In this document: piece by piece, positions 25,625 to 38,600 of the stretch | How positions within the stretch are numbered: the stretch's first letter is position 1 | How the letters are laid out: every line of letters starts with the position of its first letter | Origin: Chiloscyllium plagiosum | Taxonomy: Eukaryota | NCBI RefSeq assembly: GCF_004010195.1 | Contig: NW_025214530.1 | Coordinates: 1-42,088, forward strand | Length of the DNA stretch: 42,088 nucleotides | Direction of reading: 5' to 3' | Notes under the pieces: generated by a model | What the model was told of the DNA's origin: nothing | Databases searched by the model: none | What the model saw: only the letters and a program-made list of their open reading frames with translations | Translations under genes and position numbers: made by a program

Positions 25625-25898
25625 TTCACTCATCCACAGATTTAATCAATAAGCACATCGACCTGGACCCAATATACCGGCCACTGCAGCCGACAGCTGG
25701 AACTGACAACCGGAAGCGGCAGATACAAATCACTATAAATGCCAGACGAAACATCACAGAAGCTCTTCACAGGAGGCTCCCAAGCAGTGAGGATGTCACC
25801 AACACAGGGGACGAAACGTTTGCAACACAAATTCCCAGCTCGGTGAACAGAACCACAACAACGAGCACCCAAGCTACAAATCTTCTCACAACTTTGAG
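25625..25898 (+). mobile_element. Penelope-like element 3' end with hammerhead-like motif
   Basis: Encodes ..INKHIDLDPIYRPL, which I recognise as typical of the end of a PLE ORF after GIY-YIG; followed by GCA-GTGAGGA-TGTCACC..GGGGAC-GAAAC-GTT-TGC (25784-25823). Confidence 0.65.
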
Positions 25899-26849
25899 CC
25901 TCCCTGCTTCCGTCTTATCTATCCCATTTATAATTTTACAATCCCCTCCTCCATTCTTCTGAATTCCAATGAGTATAATCCCAGTCTGCTCAATCTCTCC
26001 TCATAAACCAACTCCCTCATTTCCAGAATCAACGTAGTCAAACTCCTCAGCACCCCCATCCCAGTGCCATCTCATGTAAAGCGATTAAAAGTGTACAAAA
26101 TACTCCAGGAGTGGCCACACCAGCGCCCTTTACAGCTCCAGCAGAAAGTTTTAATTTTAAACTCCACCCACTGGCAATGAAGGACATTATTCCATTTGTC
26201 TTTCTAATTATCTACTGGACTTGCAAACCATACTCTTGTGTTTCATGCACAAGAACACCCAGGTCCCCCTGCACAGCAGCATTCTGTAATTTTTCACCAT
26301 TTTAAAGTAGACCACTTTGTTATTATTCCTACCAAAATGGATGACCTCACGTTTACTAACATTGTACTCCATCTGCCAGACTCTTGCCCACTCACTTAGC
26401 CTGTCTATATTCTTCTGCACACTTTGCTCTATCACTCATTTAAGTGGCTTCTGCGAACGACAACACACTACACTTGGGTCTCTAACTCGAAGCAATCTAC
26501 CTGAACTGTAAACAATTGCAGTCCCAACAATTGTAACCAATTGCAGTCTCAACACTGATCCCTGAGACACATCACTAGCCACTGATTGTCAACCAGAAAA
26601 ATATCCATTTATCCCCAATTTTTGTGTTCTGTTAGTTAACCAATCTTCTGTTCATGCTAATGCATTGCCCGTAACACTGTGCATCTTTATCTTATGTAAC
26701 AGCCTTTTGTGCAGCACCTTGCTGAATGCCTTTTGGAAATCCAGATACACCACGTTCACCAGTTACCATTGTCTACCACGCTCGTTATAAACTCAAAGAA
26801 TTCCAATAAATCAGTTAAAGATGATTTGCCTTTCATGAACCCATTCTTC

Positions 26850-27650
26850 ATTAAATAAATGTAGGTGTTGCATTTTTGTAAGGCAAACCAGGGCGGGGCT
26901 TATACAATTAATGGCTGGGCCTTGGGGAGTGTTGCTGAGCAAAGAAACCAAAGGGTGCAGATGCATCATTCCTTGAACGTGGAGTTGCAGGGAAACAGGG
27001 TGGGGGAAAAAGGCGTTTGGCACGCTTTCGTTCATTGGTCATAACATTAAGTGTAGGAGTCGAGATGTCATGTCTCAGCTATACAGAACATTTGTGAGGC
27101 CGCATTTAGAATTATTACAGACAAATCTGGCTGACCATTTCTATGAAGGATTTTGTGAAACTTGAGAGGGTGCAGAAAAGATTTCCAAGAATGATGCTGG
27201 AACTGGAGTGTTTAAGGTATAAGCTGAAGTTGAATAGGCTGGGGCTTTTCTTTTCCGTTCAGTGAGAGAAAAGGAGGCTAAGGAGTGGCCTGAACAAGAC
27301 TTGTAAAATCATGCGGTGCATTGATATGGTGAATAGCCAAGGCCTTTTTCCTCGAGCGGGAGAGTCCAAATTTAGAGGACAGCGGTTTAACGTGAGAGGA
27401 GAAACATTTAAAAATAACCCAAGGGGTAACCTTTTCACGTGTATGTATGGAAAAAGCTGCGAGCGGGAGTGGTGAAGGCGGGTTCATTGACTGCATTTAA
27501 AAGGCACTTGGATGGGTGTATGAACAGGTAACATTTAGAGGAAGATTGGCCAAATGTTTGGCAAATGATACTTAGTCAGATTGGGATATCAGGTCAGTGC
27601 AGTTGGACCGAAGGGTCTGTTTCTGTGCTGAATATCTGTATTACTATAAT
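26850..27650 (+). mobile_element. Decayed CR1 3' fragment
   Basis: Colinear with 12050-12820 (gaaacttgagagggtgcagaaaagattt; gaagggtctgtttctgtgctg). Confidence 0.8.
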
Positions 27651-27734
27651 GTTTGTTAAAACTGAAAAGAATCTCTATTCTTACCACAGCTGGAATACTG
27701 TGAATTGTTCTTGGGACTCATATCACAAAGAAAA

Positions 27735-28282
27735 GGTACACTGGAATGTGAGACAATCCACATGAGGTTTAATCGACTGATCCTGAAGATGGAGGGACTG
27801 TCTTGAGAGTAGAGATTGAGTCGTTTGGGGCTATACTCATTAGAACATAGAAGATTCAGTACTGACATTCTGAAACATCTATTATTTTCAGGTACCTTGA
27901 TGGTGTAAATGCAGAAATGTTGTTTCCCCTTGTGGGAGAGTTTCGGACCAGGGAGTAGAATCTCTGAATTAGAGGTCACAAATTTCGGGCAGAAGAGAAT
28001 TTTGTCTCCCAGAATGTAGAGAATTTGTGGAATTCTTTACCACAGAAAACTGTCGAGGTTGGGTCATTCAGTATTTTGAAGGCTGAAATGGACAGATTTG
28101 GATTTGGTAATTGAATCAATGCTGACAGTTAAAACGCTGGAAAGTGGAGGTGAGGATTATCAGCTCAGCTATGATGTCATTGTTTGTGGGAGAGTTTCGG
28201 ATCAGGGAGTAGAATCTCTGAATTAGAGGTCACAAATTTCGGGCAGAAGACAATTTTGTCTCCCAGAATGTAGAGAATTTGT
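27735..28282 (+). mobile_element. Decayed CR1 3' fragment ending in a 98-bp local duplication
   Basis: RLSRLGLYSLEHRRF remnant; 27931-28028 is repeated at 28185-28282. Confidence 0.75.
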
Positions 28283-28457
28283 AGAAGAATCAGCACATGT
28301 GTTACTCTGTGAAGTATAAAACAGTATTAAAATGTATCAAGAATGATCAGAATTCACTAGTGCAATTATGTGATGAAGATTTATCGTGACTTTATTTTGC
28401 CTATGGTTCTGAAAATTTAAAATGATGGTAGATTTTTGATTTGTTTTATGCAGAGCT

Positions 28458-28496
28458 AGTTATTGTGTGACCCAGTCCAGAGGATGTAACACTGTG
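28458..28496 (-). promoter_or_regulatory. V(D)J recombination signal sequence, 23-bp spacer (5' of JH)
   Basis: Nonamer AGTTATTGT at 28458-28466 (7/9 match to GGTTTTTGT), exactly 23-bp spacer at 28467-28489, perfect heptamer CACTGTG at 28490-28496 abutting the J coding end. Confidence 0.93.
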
Positions 28497-28544
28497 ACTA
28501 TCTTGATTACTGGGGCCAAGGGACCATGGTGACAGTGACTTCAG
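28497..28544 (+). CDS. IGHJ: Immunoglobulin heavy-chain joining (JH) segment, germline configuration
   Basis: AC TAT CTT GAT TAC TGG GGC CAA GGG ACC ATG GTG ACA GTG ACT TCA G = YLDYWGQGTMVTVTS (WGxG motif); preceded by a 23-RSS; followed by phase-1 donor GTAAGA at 28545. Confidence 0.96.
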
Positions 28545-29068
28545 GTAAGACCCTTGAACTTTCATAGTGACTTTTTAAAGACTTTCTATTCATGTGACTA
28601 ATTTCTGAATTAAATGAAACTCAGATTCTGTGGTGAGTTTGGTTTGGTTCGGATTGATTTTTGTTCAGACTGATTACAGACTTCAGTTAAGGCTCAGCAA
28701 ATAGTTACAATGGAGATGATGGAGTCAGTTGCTCGGTGTATCTTTTTTTTGATCAGATGGGCATTCTGTGTGGCTGGGTTACTTGAAACACCTAATGTCT
28801 TTTAAGCAGTCAGCTATAAATAATGTTTAATGTCAGTGACACCCTGACTGTGAGTTTTATTATCAACAACAAACGCTAAGAATTCAAAGATGTTCGAGAT
28901 ATTACTAAACATGATAAAAATATGCTAAAATATCATTATTCACTTCTTGAACATATGTTCTTACCCTGATTATATTTTCTCATTTATTGTGTTAATTTTG
29001 TTGATGACAAGCAGGTTAGAAACTGTAATAAAATTTTCTTGCGGTGCTATATTGCATTCTGTTGATGA

Positions 29069-29340
29069 GATTCTGAGTTTATTTTACTTGATTCTGTTGA
29101 ATTGAGTTGATTGGATTTTGGCTTTGCTTTAGTTGATTCGGTTTGAACTGTATTGATTGGATTCTGACTTTGATTTTACTTGGTTTTGTTGAATTGTGTT
29201 GATTGGCTTTCGAAATGGTTTTATTTAATTCTGTTGAATTGAATTGTTTGGATTCTGATTATGTTTCATTCAAATCTGTTGTTCTGAGTTGATTGGATTC
29301 TGATTTTATTTTCCTTGATTCTGTTGAATTGAGTTGATTG
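29069..29340. repeat. Tandem repeat, 6 x 45-46 bp, consensus GATTCTGATTTTATTTTACTTGATTCTGTTGAATTGAGTTGATTG
   Basis: Units start at 29069, 29114, 29160, 29206, 29251 and 29296; units 1 and 6 are nearly identical. Confidence 0.88.
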
Positions 29341-30960
29341 GATCTTATTCAGTTTGTGAAATTGATCAGCGTTTTCATGCTTTCTGTAATCGGTGTTTTC
29401 TTTCTGGTGAGGAGATTGACTCTCTGGATTACTTTTCATTACCAATATTTGTGAAGTTCTTTGGTTTTTCATGAATCATTTCTGCATTTGTTAAACTTAT
29501 ATGACACATTTTTCTCTGCTTGATTGAAAACATTACATCCATTTGTAACGGTCTGAAAAACAACTTAAGGCAGAAACCCTGAAGTGTGAGAAATGAAAAA
29601 AACGAGTTTTTAATGCATTGACTTTTAAAAAAAAACTCAGTTCTAATTGTAAACTAACTAAATTTTGTTTTGAGTAGTCTCATTCAAAACAAAATTTGGG
29701 ACAAAAATCTGAAACTGCAGAATTGATCAGATTATGTAATTGAAACTAACAAAATTATAATGTGGTAATATTTGTCCATTCAGTAATTTTGTTTTGACAA
29801 TGAAGTGATTAATCAATATATGCCTTCAACCGCTCTACTGTGCGCTGCACAAGATTGTCACGATCAAGAAGGGTGTACAGGTTGGAAATAAATTGAACTG
29901 TTGCCAGAAACGTCACAGCTTTAAGTGTTAAGTCCCCTCACAAACAAGGCTGCTGTTATGACTTGTTATTTCTATTCATGTTAATCATTAGTTTGCTTGA
30001 TTCTGAACAGCTTTGTTCGACTTCAATCTGGGTTTGCTTTGTGAGGTTACATCATGTTCTTGGTTCTGTTGAAAATGTTTGCAGAGCTAGTTCTGCTGCA
30101 AACACACCGTGTTGTGATTTGGTGATCGTTGATCTGTTGAGGAGGGACTGTGCTTGCGTAACATTAAATGTGTTATATTTGGGAAACCATTTCTGGTTTC
30201 TACATAGTTTTTGCAATGTTAACACGGTTGGTGACAGTGAACCGCTCCAGGTTCCTCATTCAATGCAATCAGCATGCGAGTTGAACTTTCATAAAACCTA
30301 TTATTAAGTGAAAGGCAAATCGCATAGGATTTGGAAATGAAGAGAAAACAGATACCTTCGGGCGCCATTTTTACTTAAAAGTAATAATTAAGGATTAATC
30401 TAATCCATGCTTTACAATCCAAATTCAGAACTCCACTATCTAGTTCAATCACAAGGTCTGTCTTTAAACAGTTTACAAGTCATAGAGAAATTTAAATAGA
30501 ATTTCAAAAGTCTAATGTTCTATTAGTTCTTGCTCTTGAGCAAAAATGCCATGACTGTGTTATAATTGATCAAGAAACACCTTTCAATTCCGCTGTACAC
30601 TACATACATATTTTTCTGGCTGGAAAAGATCATTGGCAAAAACCATTTGGAAATTCTGCTCAATTCTGTGAAGAACAGGTCAGTTTCACTACTTTGATCA
30701 GTTTCACACGTAACTTGAGTTAATTAATTGGTATGTCCCTGATTAAACTGGATTTACAGGATAAAAATAAAACATTAACTGAATTATTTAATCTGCATAG
30801 TGCTTGAGGTGTTCCCAATCTGTGCATTTTAAATAAAAAGTTACAGTTTCCAACAAAATATCAACTGAAGAGTCATTCTTTCGGAAACAACTGCTATAGT
30901 GAATTATGTGACCAAGGCCAAATTTCGAATTAATTAAAATAATCCACTCATGAACTCGCA

Positions 30961-31188
30961 GGGCAGCATGGTGTCTCAGTGGTTGGCACTGCTGCCTCAC
31001 AGTACCAGGGTCCCAAATTCGATTCCACCCTCGGGTGACTGCCTGTGTGGAGTTAGCACATTCTCCCTGTGTCTGCGTGGGTTTCCTTCGGGCGCTCTGG
31101 TTTCCTACCACAGTCCAAAAGATGGGCAAGTCAGGTGATTGGCCATGCTAAATTGCACATAGTGTTCAGGGATGTGTAGGTTAGGGTG
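30961..31188 (+). mobile_element. HE1-like SINE (3' truncated)
   Basis: gggcagcatggtgtctcagtggttggcactgctgcctcacag..ttcgattcc; body matches 25182-25380. Confidence 0.88.
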
Positions 31189-31338
31189 CAGAAGACATGA
31201 ACTAGAGGATAACAGAGCACATTGTTTATTCAGACACTTAAAATAGAGTAATATTGATTTTAATAAATATACTTGACCGATTTATTGCAATGTAGCGATC
31301 GGAAGGAATTGCTCACATCAGTGAAGTGTGACAATCAT

Positions 31339-31626
31339 TTAGATTAGATTTCCTGCAGTATGTATCGGGCCATTTGGCCCAACAAGTCCACACCGACCCT
31401 CTGAAGAGTAACCCACCCAGACCCATTCCCCTACCCTATATTTACCCCTGACTAATGCACATAACACTATGGACGATACAGCATGACCAGTTCACCTGAC
31501 ATGCACATCTTTGGATTGTGGGAGGAAACCCACACAGACACAGGGGAGATTGTGTAAACTCCACATAAGCAGTCACCCGAGGCTAGAACTGAGCCTGGAT
31601 ACTTGGATGTGTGAGGCAGCAGTGCC
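31339..31626 (-). mobile_element. HE1-like SINE
   Basis: ttagattagatt tail, ggcccaacaagtccacac, ctttggattgtgggaggaaacc, gtgaggcagcagtgc are the reverse complement of the SINE. Confidence 0.88.
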
Positions 31627-32418
31627 CACATTTACTCAGACATTCGTTAAAGCGGTCAACTCCAGACAGAAGCATGTTTTCAATTCATACCTTTTTAAAC
31701 ATTTTCGTTCATTAAAAGCAGTTAACAAGAAAATGACCTTGCCCTAATTCCTTCAACAGAAATGCGTTCCACACTGGAATGCAGTATTGATTTTATGCAG
31801 TGCGTGCAAAATCTCCACAGTACAAGGAACGTTTTAAGAATATGTAAAAATAATTTAGAGAATAATCCATTTCCTCCGGATCTGTGCTTTAATTGGCGAT
31901 ATTTCCCACCTCAATAATTTTGTTAAATACAATGACTTATTAAGTTTATTAACTCAGTGGTTATTTATGTTCATTGCGAACACATTCTCATTCACATTAA
32001 TCCACTGGTTAGTTCCTCTGATAAATGTTCAATTACAGTGAATATATTTGACGTGAGGAGTTGAGCAATGTATCCTCGAGGATTAAGTCTGTTGTGCAGT
32101 TTGTTTCAGTGCTATCTCCGACCATATTGTCAACAGTCCTGACCATTTGTAAATTGTCCAGTTCGAATACCTGAATCTCAGACAGTTCAATTTCATCTCG
32201 CGCTTAAAAACCACTTTTATCTGCCAGAAATACAATATTCGATTAGGTGCCTCAGAATTGAGAGCCCTGACTAAGTTGTTCCAATCAGAACGAACGTTTC
32301 AGGAACAAAAGGCAGATAGCAAGAGTTTTGAAATTGGTTGTTGGCAACAAGAGATATTTGATTGAGCGAGGCAGAGGGAATTATGCTGTATATTTTCTTT
32401 GTGCCTCAGTTATGCAGG

Positions 32419-33597
32419 ACATAGAACATAGAACATAGAAGAATACAGCGCAGTACAGGCCCTTTGGCCCTCGATGTTGCGCCGATCCAAGCCCACCTCA
32501 CATACACTAGCCCACTATCCTCCATATGCCTATCCAATGCCCGCTTAAATGCCCATAANNNNNNNNNNNNNNNNNNNNNNNNNNNNNNNNNNNNNNNNNN
32601 NNNNNNNNNNNNNNNNNNNNNNNNNNNNNNNNNNNNNNNNNNNNNNNNNNNNNNNNNNNNNNNNNNNNNNNNNNNNNNNNNNNNNNNNNNNNNNNNNNNN
32701 NNNNNNNNNNNNNNNNNNNNNNNNNNNNNNNNNNNNNNNNNNNNNNNNNNNNNNNNNNNNNNNNNNNNNNNNNNNNNNNNNNNNNNNNNNNNNNNNNNNN
32801 NNNNNNNNNNNNNNNNNNNNNNNNNNNNNNNNNNNNNNNNNNNNNNNNNNNNNNNNNNNNNNNNNNNNNNNNNNNNNNNNNNNNNNNNNNNNNNNNNNNN
32901 NNNNNNNNNNNNNNNNNNNNNNNNNNNNNNNNNNNNNNNNNNNNNNNNNNNNNNNNNNNNNNNNNNNNNNNNNNNNNNNNNNNNNNNNNNNNNNNNNNNN
33001 NNNNNNNNNNNNNNNNNNNNNNNNNNNNNNNNNNNNNNNNNNNNNNNNNNNNNNNNNNNNNNNNNNNNNNNNNNNNNNNNNNNNNNNNNNNNNNNNNNNN
33101 NNNNNNNNNNNNNNNNNNNNNNNNNNNNNNNNNNNNNNNNNNNNNNNNNNNNNNNNNNNNNNNNNNNNNNNNNNNNNNNNNNNNNNNNNNNNNNNNNNNN
33201 NGAACACCGCTAGTGATGGCACTCCAAGATGAACCTTTGCCATCAACTACTACCCTCTGTCTTCTTCCATCCAGCCAATTCCTAATCCAAACCTCCAACT
33301 CATCCTCAATGCCATACCTCCGTATTTTTTGCAGTGGTCTACCATGGGGAACCTTATCAAACGCCTTACTAAAATCCATATATACCACATCTACCGCTTT
33401 CCCCTCATCCATCTCCTTAGTCACCTTCTCAAAGAATTCAATAATGTTTGTGAGGCACGACCTGCCCTTCACAAAACCATGTTGACTATCCTTGATCACA
33501 TTATTCCTATCCAGATGTTCATAAATCCTATCCCTTACAATTCTCTCTAAGACTTTGCCCACAACAGAAGTGAGACTCACCGGCCTATAGTTACTAG
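32419..33597 (-). mobile_element. Young 5'-truncated CR1/HER1-like LINE spanning N-gap 32559-33201
   Basis: SLTSVVGKVLERIVRDRIY..QHGFVKGRSCLTN..; very similar to 22743-23913; (AGAACAT)n tail. Confidence 0.93.
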
Positions 33598-34177
33598 ATT
33601 ACTTGGCACATGTTCCGTGGCACAATGTAGAATCAGAATTTTTTTGCATCTTATTATTTGGAAACCGATTATCAGCTTTTAATGTCACTGGCAACGGTCA
33701 TATTGCACTTCAATACATTTTAATCTTTTCCAAACTAAGTAGACCGTCTGGTGCAGCAACATTCACAGGGGAAAGAGGAAGGGAGTTCTCGGTTGGAATC
33801 CAGTGACAGTGAATTGATGGCAATGCAATTCCTAGATTTATTCCTCTGTAGTTCCCATAGAGTTTGAACAATTTGGAGCTGCTGTCAAAGCATTCTTGGA
33901 TACATGTTGAAATGTTACTTTCATTGTACAAACATTCTGGAACAATCCCTGGTTGTTGGAAGGTGATAATAACTAACATGGTTTATGTATTGTCAAAACA
34001 GGTGGGCTGTGTTCTCCGTGATAGTGTCAAGCTCATTGTGTTCAGGTCTGTTGTGATGTTGTAGTAGAGTCCCTGATTCTGTGCTAGGTGGCCTGTGGTC
34101 ACTTACAACCTGTTAGAGAGGTATGTAACACAATCTCTTCTCAGGTTACTTCAGTGCAAGAAAGCGAACGGCACGGT

Positions 34178-34464
34178 GGGCGGTACGGTGGCACAGTGGT
34201 GAGCACTGCTGCCTCACAGCGCCTGAGACTTGGGTTCAATTCCCGCCTCAGGCGACTGACTGTGTGGGTTTCCTCCGGGTGCTCTGGTTTCCTCCCACAG
34301 TCCAAAGATGTGCAGGTCAGGTTAATTGGCCATGCTAAATTGCACGTAGTGTTAGGTAAGGGGTAAATGTAGGGGCATGGGCGGTTTGCGCTTCGGCGAG
34401 TCGGTGTGGACTTGTTGGGCCGAAGGGCCTGTTTCCACGCTTTAATGTAATCTAATCTAATCTA
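34178..34464 (+). mobile_element. HE1-like SINE
   Basis: gggcggtacggtggcacagtggtgagcactgctgcctcacagcgcc (A box), gggttcaattccc (B box), (TAATC)n tail. Confidence 0.92.
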
Positions 34465-35647
34465 AAAAAAAGCAGATTGACATATTTTGGTGTTTGTTGG
34501 AATTCCACTCACAGAGGCCAATGAAATCTATTCAATCGCTGTCCTGACTTGTGTTTCTTAGATATTAAACAGAAGTTTGGTGGTTAGCAGCTTTTTCCAG
34601 ATCAATATTTGTTCACATGCTTTTGGGCATCGCTAGATGGGGTTAATGGAGTAAGTGCTCAAAGAAATCCCGGCTGTTGACTTGCTGTTCTGACAATATC
34701 ATTTATAACTAATCCAGAATGAATCATTTTCGAAGCATATTTGATGAGATTATGCTTAGGCTGTTTTACTTTATATTAAACCAGTGCTGGAGCTGAATTT
34801 GATTGTTCAGTACGGTGGGAGTTCCGCTGAATCCAACACTTGCTGCAGATGGTGATAGCTTTTCAGTTGGTCTTCAGTTGCTATCTCAGAACATCCAGTA
34901 CCTCTGCTAAGAATTCTTTTTCCAACAGGAGTCAAGCCAACGTAATCACTGTTTATCTCAACAGGTGTGAGCTCTTGTGCCAAAAACATGAAAACAATTT
35001 GGTGAAGCGGGGGTGGGGGTCTCTGGATGCGAAAGGTTAACCTTGCCTTCTCTCCCCAGGAGCTGCTCGACCTGCTGAGTTTCTTCAGAAATTTCTGTCT
35101 TTATTTTGGTTTTCTAGCAATTAAAGTTTGTTGTTTCATTGAAAAAAGTTGTGTTCGATGAAACACGTTCTTCAGAGAAAAGATGCATTTGAACAAATTG
35201 CGAATGCTCAGAGATATTAAATATCAGAGAATCATTAAATTTGAGCGCCCTGATCTCGAGCTGTAGTTTCACAAGAAACTATTATGAAGTAACAACACAC
35301 TCCAGAGTGCAGTGGCTGCTGTAATTGGGTGGAAGTTATTTTGATCATTCAAATAGAGAATGTCAATGATCCCGTTCCAAATAATCAACAGAAGGTTTTT
35401 TTTCTAAAGCATGTGTGAAACAATTAATTTGTTGAAATATTTTAATACAAAGTGTTCACTGCCAGTGCTAGCTTAATGAATGACACAATGATAGGAAGGT
35501 AGGAGCAAGAGGAGGGCATTCAGCCCCTCGAGCTGTTCCACCACTTAGTTAGATTATGGAGCATCTGTGAGCTAAATCCATAGGTCTCCCTTTGGCTAAA
35601 ACTCTTCAACACCTTTGATTAACAAGCAAAAACTATCCCAGATTTAC

Positions 35648-38600
35648 TGATTCGACTGCCCGTAACAAAGGGAGACACCATTTCTGAAAGACATTCCTGT
35701 GAGTACTGTGTCACAATGAGGCTGGAATTAATTGCTCATGAAAGTAAACTTTAAATCTCTGACAATTTCCAATTGAAACATCCCAATCATCATATTTCAT
35801 TAATTTAACACTATACTTCCCTGGAATAAAGAAATATAATGTGTGATTGCCTTGCTAAAAATGTGGGAAGCTTCCTTCCTATTATATGATTAAGAAATAG
35901 CTCTGTTCATTCAGTGAAAACACAGTCAAATCACACAAAAGAAAACCACGTCATCTTGTGGAGACACACAAGTGCCTCAAATAATTTTCAATTCTTCCAG
36001 TGGTTGTTTGAATCTCTAGACAGGTGTGGAAGTGTCAGACTTGAGAAACCAGTTATCATCAGTCTATTTGAATTGCTGAAGTTTCTGTGGTATTAGCACA
36101 TTCACAGCGCTGTTAGGAAGTGAGTCCCATTGCTGTGATTGAGGAAGAGGAAACGGGCAGGGAAATAGTTGAGAGTCAAGTTAAAGTCTAATTTGGAGGA
36201 GAGCTTTCAGGTGAAGCATTTACGTGCCTGTGCGCCCTTATCCTCAAGGATCACAGTTTTGGAACATGCTGCCGAAGGGACATGTCAGCATGCAAACTGG
36301 AAGCTGAAGAAGGCCCCTCGGCCCCTCGAGAAGGCTATTCCATTCATGGGATCATCATTAATCTTGCTGATCACCAGTCTTCCCAACACACCAATAACAT
36401 TAAACCTGATTGTTTACTGTTCAGCAAAAGAATGGTGAACCTTTGGAATTCTCCACCACAGAAATTGATTAAGGACAAAACATTAAATGATTTCAATAAG
36501 GAAGTAGATTCCTTCAATCCTTAAAAAAAATGCTCCGGATATGTGGAAGAAAGGCAAACAGGGTACAATATTGGTTGAAAGCCATGAAAACATTGAATGG
36601 GACATGGTTTGTAAGTTTGCACGTAACGCCGATATTGGTGGTATAATTGGCAGTGAAAGTTATCTAAACGTTCAATGAGATCTTGATCACCTCGGCCAAT
36701 GGGCTGAGGAGTGGCAGATGGAGTTTAATTTAAATGACTACGACGTGTTGCTTTTTGAGAAGACAAATCAGGTCACAACTTACAGAGTTAATGGGAGGGC
36801 ACTGGATAGTGATGTTAAACACAGGGCCCTGAGGGTCCAGATTCATAGAGTCTTACAGAGTTCATGGTAAGGCACTGGGTAGTGATATTGAACACTGAGG
36901 ACCCTGAGGGTCCAGACTCATAGATTCTTGAAAGCGTTGTCTCAAGTAGCTAGTGTGTTGCAGGTGTTTGTCACATGTACCTTCATTGGTCAGAGCACTG
37001 AGTGCAGGAGTTGGGGCTTCATGTTGTAATTGTCCAAAACATTGGAATGAACTGCCAGAGGAAGTGGTAAATGCAGAGATAGGTCCAACATTTAGAAGAC
37101 ATTTGAACAGCTCCAGGAACTGGATAGGTCTGGATGGATATGGGCCAAAGGCAGGCAAGTGGAATTAGTTTAATCTGGGAACTCTGGTCAGCATGGATGA
37201 GCTGGACCAAAGGAACTGTTTCTGTGCTGTACGACATAATGATGCACTGACATTATGGTGGAGTAGGCTCAAAGTTGGAAGGTGGTGAGCAAGTGAGGGG
37301 CTAGATTGGGCATGTGGGAGAGTTTGGGCCGGCAGGCTGTGAGGTGTTGGCTGGCTGCTGGGTAAGATTGCATGCACTCTGTCTGGCAAGGTGGCATCAA
37401 GGTAAATGGTAATGGTCACAGGATAATTTGGTCGAATTGTGCTTGGTAGGTGAGGGGTAGTTTGAGCTGAAATGCAAGAGGTCTGTCTTTGCCAGGCTAG
37501 TTTATGGAGAGGTGGGAAGGATGCCAGGCTGGTTAGTGTAGAGGTGGGCAGAGTGCCAGGATGTTTGATTCGACTGCCCGTAACAACGGGAGACACCATT
37601 TCTGAAAGACATTCCTGTGAGTACTGTGACACAATGAGGCTGGAATTAATTGCTCATGAAAGTAAACTTTAAATCTCTGACAATTTCCAATTGAAACATC
37701 CCAATCATCATATTTCATTAATTTAACACTGTACCTCCCAGGAATAAAGAAATATAATGTGTAATTGCCTTGCTAAAAATGAGGGAAGCTTCATTCCTAT
37801 TATATGATTAAGAAATAGCTCTGTTCATTCAGGGAAAACACAGTAAAATCACATAAAAGGAAACCATGTTATCTTGTGCAGACACGCAAGTGCCTCAAAT
37901 AATTTTCAATTCTTCCAGTGGTTGTTTGAATCTCTAGAGAGGTGTGGAAGTGTCAGACTTTTTATATCGCCTTGAGAAACCAGTTATCATCAGTCAATTT
38001 GAATTGCTGAAGTTTGCGTGGTATTAGCACATTCACAGCGCTGTTAGGAAGTGAGTCCCATGGCTGTGATTGAGGAAGAGGAAACGGCAGAGAAATAGTT
38101 GAGAGTCAGGTTGAAGTCTAATTTGGAGGAGAGCTTTCAGGTGAAGCATTTACACGCATGTGCGCCCTTATCCTCAAGGATCACAATTTTGGAACATGCT
38201 GCCGATGGGACATGTCAGCATGCAAAATGGAAGCTGAAGAAGGCCCCTCGGCCCCTCTAGAATGCTATTCCATTCAAGGGATCATCATTAATCTTGCTGC
38301 TTACCAGTCTTCCCAACACACCGATAACATTGAACCTGATCGTTTACTGTTCAGCAAAAGAATGGTGAAACTTTGGAATTCTTCACCACAGAAATTGATT
38401 AAGGACAAAACATTAAATGATTTCAATAAGGAGACAGATTCCTTCAATCCTTAAAAAATGCTCCGGATATGTGGGAGAAAGGCAAACAGGGTACAATATT
38501 GGTTGAAAGCCATGAAAACATTGCATGGGGCATGGTTTGTAAGTTTGCACGTAACGCCGACATTGGTGGTATAATTGGCAGTGAAAGTTATCTAAACGTA

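Larger units (their letters stand above)
25125..26840 (-). mobile_element. Decayed CR1 3' half, interrupted by a SINE and a Penelope fragment
   Basis: IDRLSEWARVWQMEYNVSKREVIHFGRNN and further RT remnants to ~26840. Confidence 0.8.

Noticed and set aside
28294..28325. Possible residual D-segment 12-RSS (cacatgt...ataaaacag)
   Set aside because: Only 4/7 heptamer match and wrong spacing to a poor nonamer.
32464..33580. ORFs of 227-357 aa
   Set aside because: Read-through of the 643-N gap; the real part is a CR1 fragment.
34178..34250. tRNA gene-like A/B boxes (also at 25182, 30961, 41291)
   Set aside because: These are tRNA-derived heads of HE1-like SINEs followed by SINE body and tail, not tRNA genes.
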